This document shows positions 12,209 through 25,100 of a stretch of DNA of 64,000 nt, in pieces; within the stretch, counting starts at the first letter, position 1; the number at the start of each line of letters is the position of its first letter. The stretch is from the NCBI GenBank assembly GCA_002269645.1, contig NIVC01000099.1:124001-188000 (forward strand). The letters are read 5' to 3'. Source of the DNA: Macrostomum lignano (Eukaryota). The notes under the pieces are model-generated. The model made no database searches, was not told the origin of the DNA, and saw only the letters and a list, made by a program, of their open reading frames with translations. Made by a program: the position numbers and the translations under genes.

Positions 12209-14265
12209 ATGCCGAGCTGTTTCGCACTGACTGCCGCGGTGCTCCTGGTCAGCAGCATGGTTGGCGACGACCGACACACTGTCGCTGAGGTGCACAAAGA
12301 CCGCCCGCTCAGTGGCATGCAGGACGCCATGGAGCCACCCGCCGCTGCTGAAGGTATTGCAGGATGCTAGTGTCTAACAGCAGTAATGATACCTGTGTCT
12401 AACAATGATGCCTGTGTCTCACAATGATGCCTGTGTCTAACAGCAGTAATGATACCTGTGTCTAACAATTATGCCTGTGTCTAACAGCAGTAATGATACC
12501 TGTGTCTAACAATGATGCCAGTGTCTAACAATGATGCCAGTGTCTAACAGCAGTAATGATACCTGTGTCTAACAATTATGTCTGTGTCTAACAAATGATG
12601 CCTGTGTCTAACAAATGATGCCTGTGTCTAACAAATGATACCTGTGTCTAACAAATGATGCCTGTGTCTAACAATGATGCCTGTGTCTAACAGCAGTAAT
12701 GATACCTGTGTCTAACAATGATGCCAGTGTCTAACAATGATGCCTGTGTCTAACAGCAGTAATGGTGCCTGTGTCTAACAGCAGTAATGGTACCTGTGTC
12801 TAACAGCAGTAATGGTGCCTGTGTCTAACAGCAGTAATGGTGCCTGTGTCTAACAGCAGTAATGGTACCTGTGTCTAACAATGATGCCTGTGTCTAACAG
12901 CAGTAATGATGCCTGTGTCTAACAATGATGCCTGTGTCTAACAGCAGTAATGATGCCTGTGTCTAACAATGATGCCTGTGTCTAACAGCAGCAATGATAC
13001 CTGTGTCTAACAAATGATACCTGTGTCTAACAATGATACCTGTGTCTAACAATGATACCCGTGTCTAACAGCAGTAATAATACCTGTCTAACAAATGATG
13101 CCTGTGTCTAACAATGATGCCTGTGTCTAACAGCAGTAATGATACCTGTGTCTAACAATGATACCCGTGTCTAACAACAGTAATGATACCTGTGTCTAAC
13201 AATGATGCCTGTGTCTAACAGCAGTAATGATACCTGTGTCTAACAATGATACCCGTGTCTAACAGCAGTAATAATACCTGTCTAACAAATGATGCCTGTG
13301 TCTAACAGCAGTAATGGTACCTGCGTCTAACAAAGATACCTGTGTCTAACAATGATACCCGCGTCTAACAGCAGTAATGATACCTGTGTCTAACAATGAT
13401 ACCTGTGTCTAACAAATGATGCCTGTGTCTAACAAATGATGCCTGTGTCTAACAAATGATGCCTGTGTCTAACAAATGATGTCTGTGTCTAACAAATGAT
13501 GCCTGTGTCTAACAAATGATGCCTGTGTCTAACAAATGATGTCTGTGTCTAACAAATGATGCCTGTGTCTAACAAATGATGCCTGTGTCTAACAAATGAT
13601 GCCTGTGTCTAACAAATGATGTCTGTGTCTAACAAATGATGCCTGTGTCTAACAAATGATGTCTGTGTCTAACAAATGATGCCTGTGTCTAACAAATGAT
13701 GTCTGTGTCTAACAAATGATGCCTGTGTCTAACAAATGATGCCTGTGTCTAACAAATGATGTCTGTGTCTAACAAATGATGTCTGTGTCTAACAAATGAT
13801 GCCTGTGTCTAACAAATGATGTCTGTGTCTAACAAATGATGTCTGTGTCTAACAAATGATGTCTGTGTCTAACAAATGATGCCTGTGTCTAACAAATGAT
13901 GCCTGTGTCTAACAAATGATGTCTGTGTCTAACAAATGATGTCTGTGTCTAACAAATGATACCTGTGTCTAACAAATGATGTCTGTGTCTAACAAATGAT
14001 GCCTGTGTCTAACAAATGATGTCTGTGTCTAACAAATGATGTCTGTGTCTAACAAATGATACCTGTGTCTAACAAATGATACCTGTGTCTAACAAATGAT
14101 ACCTGTGTCTAACAAATGATACCTGTGTCTAACAATGACACCCGCAATGCCCTCCCAGACCGGGCAGCCGTCAAGAGAGTTTACACACCGCTGTTCGCAT
14201 TTCTGCGCCGGACCCTGAACGAAGACGGTGACAAAAGGCGAGGCGCACCCGGCCAGCAAGGCTGA
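12209..14265 (+). CDS. Putative neuropeptide/secreted peptide prohormone, 83 aa, 2 coding exons
   Basis: Exons 12209-12353 (AAG|GTATTG) and 14159-14265 (CTCCCAG|) join in phase 1: MPSCFALTAAVLLVSSMVGDDRHTVAEVHKDRPLSGMQDAMEPPAAAEDRAAVKR-VYTPLFAFL-RR-TLNEDGD-KRR-GAPGQQG*. Hydrophobic N-terminus, three basic cleavage sites, terminal Gly. Confidence 0.7.
12370..14137. repeat. Intronic composite minisatellite, 19/20/25-bp variants of CCTGTGTCTAACA(GCAGT)AATGAT
   Basis: Mixed-length units in the first part, homogeneous 20-bp units in the second part. Confidence 0.95.
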
Positions 14266-14699
14266 CTGAGGCCACCGGGTCGGTCGCCTGTGTCTCCTGG
14301 CCTGACCTGGACTTGCTGGATAAAATTATAATTAGCTGATCGCTACACATCTTCAAATGCTTCTAGATAAAATGCATTAATTGCGCCGTGGTGTTAATTG
14401 GGCATCGAGAAATGAAAAATTCAAAGCGAAAATTCACTTGGCTTTTTATACTACTATTAATTTAACCCGCTGTAACTCTGCGCCCAGCAAAAACTGCTGC
14501 AGTCCGCTCTGAGGACATTCTAGTTCGAATATTTATTTTACTTGGCAAGCGGTCCTTTCAGCAGGTAACAAAAATCTAACAGACGGTCAAGCAGAACAGC
14601 AACTTGTATATTTAGCAGTCATTTTCAATGCTGCAGATGCGAAATGCACTGAGAAGGGAGGGGCTTAACGCTTAACAGAATGGCCTCCAGTGGCTGTAT

Positions 14700-14724
14700 A
14701 GGCAGGCAGGCAGGCAGGCAGGCG

Positions 14725-14804
<80 letters not shown>

Positions 14805-14863
14805 GGCAGGCAGACAGGCAGATAGACAGACAGACAGACAGGCAGACAGGCAGACAGACAGGC

Positions 14864-14893
<30 letters not shown>
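14700..14893. repeat. (GACA)n/(GGCA)n microsatellite
   Basis: Directly visible; lies between convergent genes. Confidence 0.95.
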
Positions 14894-14894
<1 letters not shown>

Positions 14895-14966
14895 ATTCCG
14901 AAGCCCCAGCTGAGCAATCAGTTAAGCAAACGGAGGCAAAGCAGCCCTGGCGGGGCCGAAGCGCCC

Positions 14967-16555
14967 CTAGGCGGCCATGCTGAACCAGCGGCTACCGGGG
15001 TCGTACACGAATAGGCGGCTGGCCGAAGGTGTCGCGTGCTCCAGCTCGTCCATCCAGCGCCAGATGAGGCGGGCCTTGGCGGCGGGCATCAGCTCGTTGT
15101 CGCGAATGTACACCGCGGCCCGGCTGTAGGCCACCGTCTGGTCCGGGTGGCGCCGGTCGCAGCTGCGAGTGTCGACGTCGTCGCAGCAGGTCGAGTGCAG
15201 GCTGGCGGAGCCGCGGCTGAAGTAGGCCATGGGAACGCTTCTCGGCTGCTGCTGCTTCTGCTTTTGCTGCTTCTGCGACTCGACGGACCGCTGCTCCTGC
15301 GGCACTTGGTCAGCAACTGAGATTCGAAACCGGGACCTCGGAGCGTCTGACGGTTCGGATGCGGGCTCAGCAGTGCCAGGCTCAGCGTCTAGTGCAGTGG
15401 GAGTCTTCTGCTTTTGCTGTTGCTGCTGCTGCTGGATCTGCTGCTGCTGCTGCTTCTTCATCCGCTTGCTGCCGTGAAGTAAAGGCAGCGGCTCGGGTTG
15501 CTGCTTTTGCTGTTGCTGCTGCGGCTGTGGCACATTGCTGTGGATCTTGCTGTACAGGCTCGGCAACCGAGTCAGCACTTCAATTTGCCGCTCTCCGACC
15601 GTCCTGCCAGCGGGCGGGCCGCCGCCGCGTCTGTGCCGGTGCGGCAGGCGGCCGGCCATTGGAAATGGCAGGTGGAACTGGCCGCTGGCCGCTGCCGGGC
15701 CGCTGCGGCTGCTGATGAAGTTGCTGTTGAGGGCCGGCTGCTGGCCAGTTCCGCCGGGCTGCCGGGTTGTCCACAGCGCCAGGGGGGCGGCATCGAATCT
15801 GTGCAGTGCGGGGTCAAAGATATAAGCCCGTATGAATAAAAAGAGTAACTGCTCAGGAGAAAATTCTCAAACTCAGAGTCGGAGCAATTGCTCAATCATG
15901 AGATTATCTGAGTCTTAGCAAGTGCTCATCGGGGGTATGAATAAAGAATAAACTCAAACTCTGAGAATATTCTCCGTAGCTTGAGTAACTGATCAGAATG
16001 CTTTTGGCCACAGACAAAAATCGTTCATACGGTTTCTTGCCGTTAGTACGGCTTTTTACGGCTTCGTAGGGCTTCTTACTTCGTAGGCCATGCTCCAGAG
16101 TTTGAAAACCTCAAGAAAAGCTTTAGCTTTAGCTTTCAGGAGTTTAGCTTTGACGATTTATCTGCTTTTTACACTGCGACTCGTTCTTGAGTCTGCCAGG
16201 AGGCTGCCTCAACGTTTTCTGAGCAATTGCTCAGAAATTTTGTCTATGGTAGTAGTTTTATTCTTATTGACCTAAGTAATTGCTCAATCTCAGAGTAAAT
16301 GCTTGAGTTGGAGCAGTTGCTCATTTTATTCGCATAGCCTATTTCATTCAGGCAGTTTTAGCAAGATTTGCTGTTTTGCACAGCGTTGAATGCGGTTTGC
16401 CATAGACAAAAATTTGGAGACAAATCCACTCAACGAAAGTTTCGCAAAATCTTTGGTCAGCAGTACGTGTAGCAATTAAAAGTACATCGAGTCCGATCAA
16501 TTCCTTACCCAGCGCCTTTGCCTCCGAGATTGCTGCCTGCCGTAGTGCGAATCAT
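14967..16555 (-). CDS. Gln-rich protein of unknown function, 292 aa, 2 coding exons
   Basis: Exon 16555-16509 (ATG ATT CGC...GCT GG|GTAAGG) plus exon 15798-14967 (GCACAG|) total 879 nt, extending the listed 230-aa ORF to MIRTTAGSNLGGKGAGFDAAPLALW...; in-frame TAA upstream of the ATG; polyQ tracts and a compact C-terminal block. Confidence 0.65.
15826..16340. mobile_element. Degenerate MITE-like element in the intron of the Gln-rich gene
   Basis: Imperfect terminal inverted repeats (GAATAAAAAGAGTAACTGCTC vs reverse complement GAATAAAATGAGCAACTGCTC) with repeated GAGCAATTGCTC palindromes; no clean TSD. Confidence 0.4.
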
Positions 16556-16896
16556 GATGAAGCATCTGCCGAATGGGGACAAGTTAACTGGCGAGTGCCC
16601 AGCTTAAGTAGAGCTCTGAGCCCCGGCAGAACAATGCAGCGCTGGCAGCTGCCCTGAAATTTATGTCTTTCTGCCTTCTCTTCGCATAGCGGGGGCAAAA
16701 GGGGCCGCTTGATGCTTAAACAAGTTTTAGAAAAAAAATTATTGCTTTTTTAGACTTTGAGAAGATGAGGGTTGGCCGGCCTCCTGCGCCCTGAGCAAGG
16801 ACAACTCAAGCCAGACATCTGGAGTGGAGGGGTGCTGTCATATCTCCAAAATTTCATGTCTCTGATTTAACCCTAAGCCTAAGCCTAACCCTAACG

Positions 16897-17845
16897 GAGA
16901 GTGTCGGAGATATTAGGTGTCGGAAATATGAGGTGTCGGAGATATGAAGTGTCGGAGATATGAGTTGTCGGAGATATGAAGTGTCGGAAATATGAGGTGT
17001 CGGAAATATGAGGTGTCGGAGATAAGGAGTGTCGGAAATATGAAGTGTCGGAGATATGGAGTGTCGGAGATATGAGGTGTCGGAGATATAAGTTGTCGGA
17101 GATATGGAGTGTCGGAGATATGGAGTGTCGGAGATATGGAGTGTCGGAGATATGGAGTGCCGGAGATATGAGGTGTCGGAGATATGGAGTGTCGGAGATA
17201 TGAAGTGTCGGAAATATGAGGTGTCGGAAATATGAGGTGTCGGAGATATGGAGTGTCGGAGATATGGAGTGTCTGAGATATGGAGTGTCGGAGATATAAG
17301 TTGTCGGAGATATGGAGTGTCGGAGATATGGAGTGTCGGAGATATGGAGTGTCGGAGATATGGAGTGCCGGAGATATGAGGTGTCGGAGATATGAGTTGT
17401 CGGAGATATGGAGTGTCGGAGATATAAGTTGTCGGAGATATGGAGTGCCGGAGATATGAGGTGTCGGAGATATGAGTTGTCGGAGATATGGAGTGCCGGA
17501 GATATAAGTTGTCGGAGATATGGAGTGCCGGAGATATGAGGTGTCGGAGATATGAGTTGTCGGAGATATGGAGTGTCGGAGATATAAGTTGTCGGAGATA
17601 TGGAGTGCCGGAGATATGAGGTGTCGGAGATATGAGTTGCCGGAGATATGGAGTGCCGGAGATATAAGTTGTCGGAGATATGGAGTGTCGGAGATATAAG
17701 TTGTCGGAGATATGGAGTGCCGGAGATATGAGGTGTCGGAGATATGGAGTGTGGGAGATATGGGGTGTCGGAGATATGGAGTGTGGGAGATATGGGGTGT
17801 CGGAGATATGGAGTGTCGGAGATATGGGGTGTCGGAGATATGGAG
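16897..17845. repeat. Minisatellite, 16-bp unit GTGTCGGAGATATGGA, preceded by a few (CCCTAA)-like units
   Basis: Tandem copies with recurrent variants. Confidence 0.95.
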
Positions 17846-18526
17846 TCTTATATTTCTCTATACTCCAGCGAAAGATCCATATACTAAAAAAGGTTTGTCT
17901 GTGTGTGACTATCTATCTAGGTAGTCACACACAGACTAAAAAAACAAAAAACTAAGAACTCCCTGGCCTCAGGGCCCCAGTAAGCCTTCTCACTTCTAAC
18001 TGTCCAAGGCAGGCAGCCTTCGCTCAAAATTAAATTTCATTCCTTTCTCATGGAGGGTTGGATAGAGAATTCTCAGAAACTCTGCTCAATAAAGGCGGTG
18101 CGGTGCGCCTGTCCAGCCGGGTCTCACAGGGCAGCCCCCACCCTCCTCGCCCTCACAGCAGTAGCCTTCACACCTCTGGAGTGTCATGGATACCGCATCT
18201 CAAAACAAAAGATTTGGCCCAGCGAGCACAGCGGTGCAGCGCGGGTGCAATTTAGTGCAAATCTGTGCAGAGTTTACCATCAAAGCCCTCTAGCTCTCAT
18301 TTATATGCAACTTCAATTAAATAAGACGCCAAAAAGCAACGAAGATAATTGCTCTAATCAACCAGCTGCACAAGTCAGTTGGAAAGTCAAAGAGGTTCTG
18401 GACCAAGTTTCTATATGTTTATAAAATGTTCGCTTTATACAGAAAATGCCTATTAGGAGCGCATATAGTATAAAAAGTCCAAATACAGATAGATTATTTG
18501 AGGCGAGATGGGAGCTGGCGCGGAGA

Positions 18527-19088
18527 AAGGAGGTAGAGAGGGAGAGAGATGGAGAGAAGAGAGAGCGAAGAGAGGGAGAGAGGAGACAGAGAGAGGAGAG
18601 GAAGAGAGGAGAGGGAGTGAGAGGGAGAGAAGAGAGGGAGAGAGGAGAGGGAGAGGGAGAGAGGAGAGGGAGAGGGAGGGAGAGAGGAGAGTGAGAGGGA
18701 GAGGGAGAGGGAGGGAGAGAGGAGAGTGAGAGGGAGAGGGAGAGGGAGAGGAGAGGGAGAGAGGAGAGGGAGAGAGGAGAGGGAGAGAGGAGAGGGAGAG
18801 AGGAGAGGGAGAGAGGAGAGGAGAGGAGAGGGAGAGGAGAGGGAGGGAGAGAGGAGAGGGAGAGGGAGAGGGAGAGGAGAGGGAGAGAGGAGAGGGAGGG
18901 AGAGAGGAGAGGGAGAGGGAGAGAGGAGAGGGAGAGGGAGAGAGGAGAGGGAGAGAGGGGAGGGAGAAGGAGAGAGGAGAGGGAGAGGGAGAGGGAGAGG
19001 AGAGGGAGAGAGGAGAGGGAGAGAGGAGAGGGAGAGGAGAGGGAGAGAGGAGAGGGAGAGAGGAGAGGGAGAGAGGAGAGGGAGAGGG
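18527..19088. repeat. GA-rich polypurine array
   Basis: GGAGAG/GGGAGA units immediately 3' of the NEK8-like stop codon. Confidence 0.95.
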
Positions 19089-19122
19089 TACGTATAGGAT
19101 TTTTTGCGGCCCTCCCGCAGCT

Positions 19123-22100
19123 TCAGTCGCCTCCGGCGTCCCTGCAGCGGCGGCACAGAATCGCCGCCCGAGCCCCAGCGGCATCAGCGGCGAGGCTGCG
19201 CACCCGGCAGTTGGCCAGCAGCGGCTGCAGCTCCTCGTTGCCGCCGCCGGCCTCCTCCAGCAGCAGCGTCAGCAGCTCGCCGTACCGACCGCCATCATCG
19301 TCTGCCGCTTCGGCCTTCGTCGCCACCAGCGCCCAGCCGCTGCCAGCGCAGACGCCGCCGACTGCCAGCGAGGAATTCGGCAGCCGCAGCGGGCCGAAGC
19401 CGGCAGCGCAGCCGCGGCCGGCAGCCAGGAGGCGGCCGCTGGTCAGCAGCAGCAGGCAGCGATTGCCAGCGACGGAGGCCGCGGCCACCGACTCCTCCGG
19501 CTGCTCGAGCGGCACCGGCAGGAGCTCCAGCTGCGGCAGCAGCGGCCTGGCGGACTCCGGCAGGCCCAGGCGGCCGAACCGGTTCCAGCCGGTCCCCAGC
19601 AGAGCGGCCTGCGAGCCCTCGGTCTCGGCCGCGACCAGCAGCGCCTCAGGCCCGGCGAAGGCGGACAGGGCTCGGTAACGGCCAGACGGCATCGGCAGCA
19701 GCGTCGGGAACGTTGCCGACACTTCGGCGCCAGCTTCGGCTGCGGGCAGGCAGCCCCAGGCGAACACCTCACCGGAGGAGGCGACGCAGGCGGCGAAACG
19801 GCGGCCGCAGGCGACTGAAGTCACCGAGACCTGCGCGAGCGAGCCGACAACGCGGGGTCGCTCGAGGTCGGCGACGTCGCCGTGGCCTGAGAGAGAGGTT
19901 GGGGTTTCAAATCTGCTTGTCTGAAAAAAACTAGGATCTTCAGGATCTCAGGATCGCCAGGAAACTGGAGTCCCGCACTGAGTCAGCCCAGAGTCCCGCA
20001 CTGGGTCAGCCCAGAGTCCCGCACTGGGTCAGCCCAGAGTCCCGCACTGAGTCAGCCCAGAGTCCCGCACTGGGTCAGCCCAGAGTCCCGCACTGGGTCA
20101 GCCCAGAGTCCCGCACTGGGTCAGCCCAGAGTCCCGCACTGGGTCAGCCCAGAGTCCCGCACTGGGTCAGCCCAGAGTCCCGCACTGGGTCAGCCCAGAG
20201 TCCCGCACTGGGTCAGCCCAGAGTCCCGCACTGGGTCAGCCCATAGTCTCGCACTGGGTCAGCCCAGAGTCCCGCACTGGGTCAGCCCAGAGTCCCGCAC
20301 TGGGTCAGCCCAGAGTCCCGCACTGGGTCAGCCCAGAGTCCCGCACTGGGTCAGCCCAGAGTCCCGCACTGAGTCAGCCCAGAGTCCCGCACTGAGTCAG
20401 CCCAGAGTCCCGCACTGGGTCAGCCCAGAGCTGCTCACCCAGAGCGCCATCCCTGCCGCAGCCGAAGGTGAGCACAACGCCTGCATCGGTCAGGCAGGCA
20501 GCGAAGCGGTCCCCGCAGTCCAGCTGGACAACCCTGAAATTATCCAGGCCGACAATGTCCGACATCAACCAGCTGCAGGGAGGCTGGCCAACCTCCCGGT
20601 CCCACCGCACCAGCCGGTCGCGCTTGGTCAGGCCGATCAGGCAGTCGCCGCTGAAGAGTTTCACGCATCGCAGATCCTCGTGCGGCAGATCGTAGGCGAT
20701 CTCCGACAACCGGTGGGAGTCTTGGTCCGGCCCGACGGTGAACAGGTACAAAGACCGGTTGCCGCTCTCCTGGGGGGGGGGAGCAGATATGCGCATCGGT
20801 TACTACTGAAATTAACCAGGTGTGAGGTCACATCATTAGCGCCGAGTCGCTCTGCTCACAGCAGACGCAGGTGCTGCTGCAGGCACCCTACTGGCGGCAA
20901 CAGGCGCGCACTTGGCGTTTCGTCGACTGCCTGCTGGCTGACGCTGGCGCCCCGGATTCAGTCGGCGGCGTGGTCTTACTTCGTGGTATTGTTTGTTGTT
21001 GTGGTATTGTGTTGTTGTGGTATTGTGTTGTTGTGGTATTGTGTTGTTGTGGTATTGTGTTGTTGTGGTATTGTGTTGTGGTATTGTGTTGTGGTATTGT
21101 GTTGTTGTGGTATTGTGTTGTTGTGGTATTGTGTTGTTGTGGTATTGTGTTGTTGTGGTATTGTGTTGTGGTATTGTGTTGTGGTATTGTGTTGTTGTGG
21201 TATTGTGTTGTTGTGGTATTGTGTTGTTGTGGTATTGTGTTGTTGTGGTATTGTGTTGTTGTGGTATTGTGTTGTTGTGGTATTGTGTTGTGGTATTGTG
21301 TTGTGGTATTGTGTTGTTGTGGTATTGTGTTGGTGTGGTATTGTGTTGTTGCGTTATTGTGTTGTTGTGTTATTGTGTTGGTGTGGTATTGTGTTGTTGC
21401 GTTATTGTGTTGTTGTGTTATTGTGTTGTTGTGTTATTGTGTTGTTGTGTTATTGTGTTGGTGTGGTATTGTGTTGTTGTGTTATTGTGTTGTTGTGTTA
21501 TTGTGTTGTTGTGTTATTGTGTTGTTGTGTTATTGTGTTGGTGTGGTATTGTGTTGTTGTGGTATTGTGTTGTTGTGGTATTGTGTTGTTGTGTTATTGT
21601 GTTGTTGTGTTATTGTGTTGGTGTGGTATTGTGTTGTTGTGTTATTGTGTTGTTGTGTTATTGTGTTGTTGTGTTATTGTGTTGTTGCGTTATTGTGTTG
21701 TTGTGGTATGGTGTTGTTGTGTTATTGTGTTGTTGTGTTATTGTGTTGTTGTGTTATTGTGTTGTTGTGTTATTGTGTTGTTGTGGTATTGTGTTGTTGT
21801 GTTATTGTGTTGTTGCGTTATTGTGTTGTTGTGGTATGGTGTTGTTGTGTTATGGTGTTGTTGTGGTATGGTGTTGTTGTGTTATTGTGTTGTTGTGTTA
21901 TTGTGTTGTTGTGTTATGGTGTTGTTGTGGTATTGTGTTGTTGTGTTATGGTGTTGTTCTGGTATGGTGTTGTTGTGTTATTGTGTTGTTGTGTTATCTT
22001 AAATGCCCGACCAGGCCTCACCCGGCACCGCAGTCGCTTCACCGTGGTGGCCAGCTTGGCCCTGCTGGACTTCTTGGTGCGCTGCTTTTTCAAGCCAACG

Positions 22101-25100
22101 CAGCCGAGGTCGGTGAGCAACGGGAACAGGTTGCTCAGGATGAGCGGGTGCGACAGCAGCTGCGCCGCCGAGGGCCGCTCGAGCGGGTCCACCTTCAGCA
22201 TCTTGGAGATGAGGTCCGACATCAGTGGGGAATATCTGAAAGAATTAAAAACAGAACTACATGTGAATTTCTAATTAGTGTGACACTGCCAGTTCTGACT
22301 AGTGTGACACTGTGCCAGTTCTGACTAGTGTGACACTGTGCCAGTTCTGACTAGTGTGACACTGTGCCAGTTCTGACTAGTGTGACACTGTGCCAGTTCT
22401 GACTAGTGTGACACTGTGCCAGTTCTGACTAGTGTGACACTGTGCCAGTTCTGACTAGTGTGACACTGTGCCAGTTCTGACTAGTGTGACACTGTGCCAG
22501 TTTTGACTAGTGTGACACTGTGCCAGTTCTGACTAGTGTGACACTGTGCCAGTTCTGACTAGTGTGACACTGTGTCAGTTCTGACTAGTGTGACACTGTG
22601 CCAGTTCTGACTAGTGTGACACTGTGCCAGTTTTGACTAGTGTGACACTAACTAGTGTGACTAGTGTGACACTGTGCCAGTTTTGACTAGTGTGACACTA
22701 ACTAGTGTGACTAGTGTGACACTGTGCCAGTTTTGACTAGTGTGACACTAACTAGTGTGACCAGTGAGGTGCGACATGGCGCTGTGGTATCTGTGAACCC
22801 CATAGCCCGAGAGCGCATCAAGCCAGCAGCGCCGCACCTGCGCGGGTCGAGGGGCGCCCAGCTGCCAGCGGCAATCTGGGCCACCAGGAGCAGCAGGGTG
22901 TCCGCATCGAACGGCCTGCGCAGGCAGCACATTTCGTACAGGCAGCAGCCGAGCGCCCAGATGTCGCTGGGCTCCCGGCCAGCTGTGGCCAACTTGTCCG
23001 AGCTGAACACCTCCGGGCTGAGGTAGGCGGGAGTGCCGACCAGCCCGCTGGCGGAGCTGCCTGCAGGGCTGTCTGCGGGATTGGCGGTGGGGGTTGGGGG
23101 CGTTCTCAGGAGGGTTGGGGGCGATTCTCAGGGCGGGTTGGGGGCGATTCTCAGGGCGGGTTGGGGGCGATTCTCAGGGCGGGTTGGGGGCGATTCTCAG
23201 GGCGGGTTGGGGGCGATTCTCAGGGCGGGTTGGGGGCGATTCTCAGGGCGGCTTGGGGGCGATTCTCAGGGCGGGTTGGGGCCGATTCTCAGGGCGGCTT
23301 GGGGGCGATTCTCAGGGCGGGTTGGGGGCGATTCTCAGGGCGGGTTGGGGCCGATTCTCAGGGCGGGTTGGGGGCGATTTTCAGGGCGGGATGGGGGCGA
23401 TTCTCAGGGCGGGTTGGGGCCGATTCTCAGGGCGGGTTGGGGGCGATTTTCGGGAGAGTTGGGGGCGTTCTCAGGGCGGGTTGGGGGCGTTCTCAGAGCG
23501 GGTTGGGGGCGTTCTCAGGGCGAGTTGGGGGCGTTCTCAGAGCGGGTTGGGGGCGTTCTCAGGGCGGGTTGGGGGCGATTCTCAGGAGGGTTGGGGCGGT
23601 TCTCAGGAGGGTTGGGGGCGATTCTCAGGGTGGGTTGGGGGCGATTCTCAGGGAGGGTTGGGGGCGATACTCAAGAGGGTGGGGGGCGATTCTCAGGGGA
23701 GTTGGGGCGGTTCTCAGAGCGGGTTGGGGGCGTTCTCAGAGCGGGTTGGGGGCGTTCTCAGAGCGGGTTGGGGGCGTTCTCAGGGCGGGTTGCGTTCTCA
23801 GAGCGGGTTGGGGCGTTCTCAGAGCGGGTTGGGGGCGATTTTCGGGAGAGTTGGGGGCGTTCTCAGGGCGGGTTGGGGGCGATTCTCAGGAGGGTTGGGG
23901 CGATTCTCAGGAGTGTGGGGGGGCGTTCTCAGAGCGGGTTGGGGGCGTTCTCAGCGCGAGTTGGGGGCGTTCTCAGAGCGGGTTGGGGGCGATTCTCAGG
24001 AGGGTTGAGGGCGTTCTCAGGGCGGCTTGGGGGCGATTCTCAGGGGAGTTGGGGCGGTTCTCAGGGCGGGTTAGGGGCGGTTCCCAGGGCGGGTTGGGGG
24101 CGGTTCCCAGGGCGGGTCGGGGGCGGTTCCCAGGGCGGGTTGGGGGCGGTTCCCAGGGCGGGTTGGGGGCGGTTTTCAGGGCGGCTTGGGGGCGTTCTCA
24201 GGGCGGGTTGGAAGCGATTCTCATGCGATTTGGGGATAAGATGGGGCGATTCCAACCCCAACGTCACAACTCAGACGCAGGCTCGCCTTTAGCAGGGCTG
24301 GTCTGACGCAACGCAGCGAGCCCGAAGTCTGCCAGCTTGCAGACATCGCGGGCGGTGCTGGCCAGCAGGATGTTGTCCGGCTTGAGGTCGCGGTGCAGCA
24401 CCTGGCGGCTGTGCAGCTCCTCCAGGGCCAGCAGCAGCTGGCAGGCAAATCTGGCCACGGCAGACTCGGACAGGCCGAGGCCGGACTGCTGATGAAGCAG
24501 GCTGCTGAGCGAGCCGCCTGAGGCGTACTCCATCACCAGGCAGAGCTGCCTGCCGCCGGCGGACTCGTCCAAGAAGCTGTCCAGCAGCCGCACGATGTTA
24601 GGATGCCGCAGGCCGGCCAGGATCTCGGCCTCCTTCAGGAAGGCCTCGCGCTGAAGCTGGTCCGCGCCGCCCAGATCGACTCGCTTGATCACCACCTGGC
24701 GAGGTCCAGCGAGGACAAGGAGGTTGGACTTCTTTTCTAGTGAACTATCGTCTCCGAATATGAACCGCCATTGCTCTTAGTGACTGAATTTGCGAAAGTC
24801 ACTACTGACTGACGCGGCAGAGGAACGGGTTTAAAGGTAGACTTGTAACACCTGAGACCATCGGAAGGTAAAATTTGTCACACCTGAGACTATCGGAAGG
24901 TAGACTTGTCACACCTGAGACTATCGGAAGGTAGACTTGTCACACCTGAGACCATCGGAAGGTAAAATTTGTCACACCTGAGACCATCGGAAGGTAAAAC
25001 TTGTCACACCTGAGACCATCGGAAGGTAAGACTTGTCACACCTGAGACCATCGGAAGGTAGACTTGTCACACCTGAGACCATCGGAAGGTAGACTTGTCA

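Noticed and set aside
11940-12350. Minus-strand exon-like segments antisense to the peptide gene
   Set aside because: Splice-like sites exist but no coherent reading frame emerges; the plus-strand model explains the region better.
18050-18424. Short ORFs between the NEK8-like and Gln-rich genes
   Set aside because: No recognisable motif or consistent splice partners.
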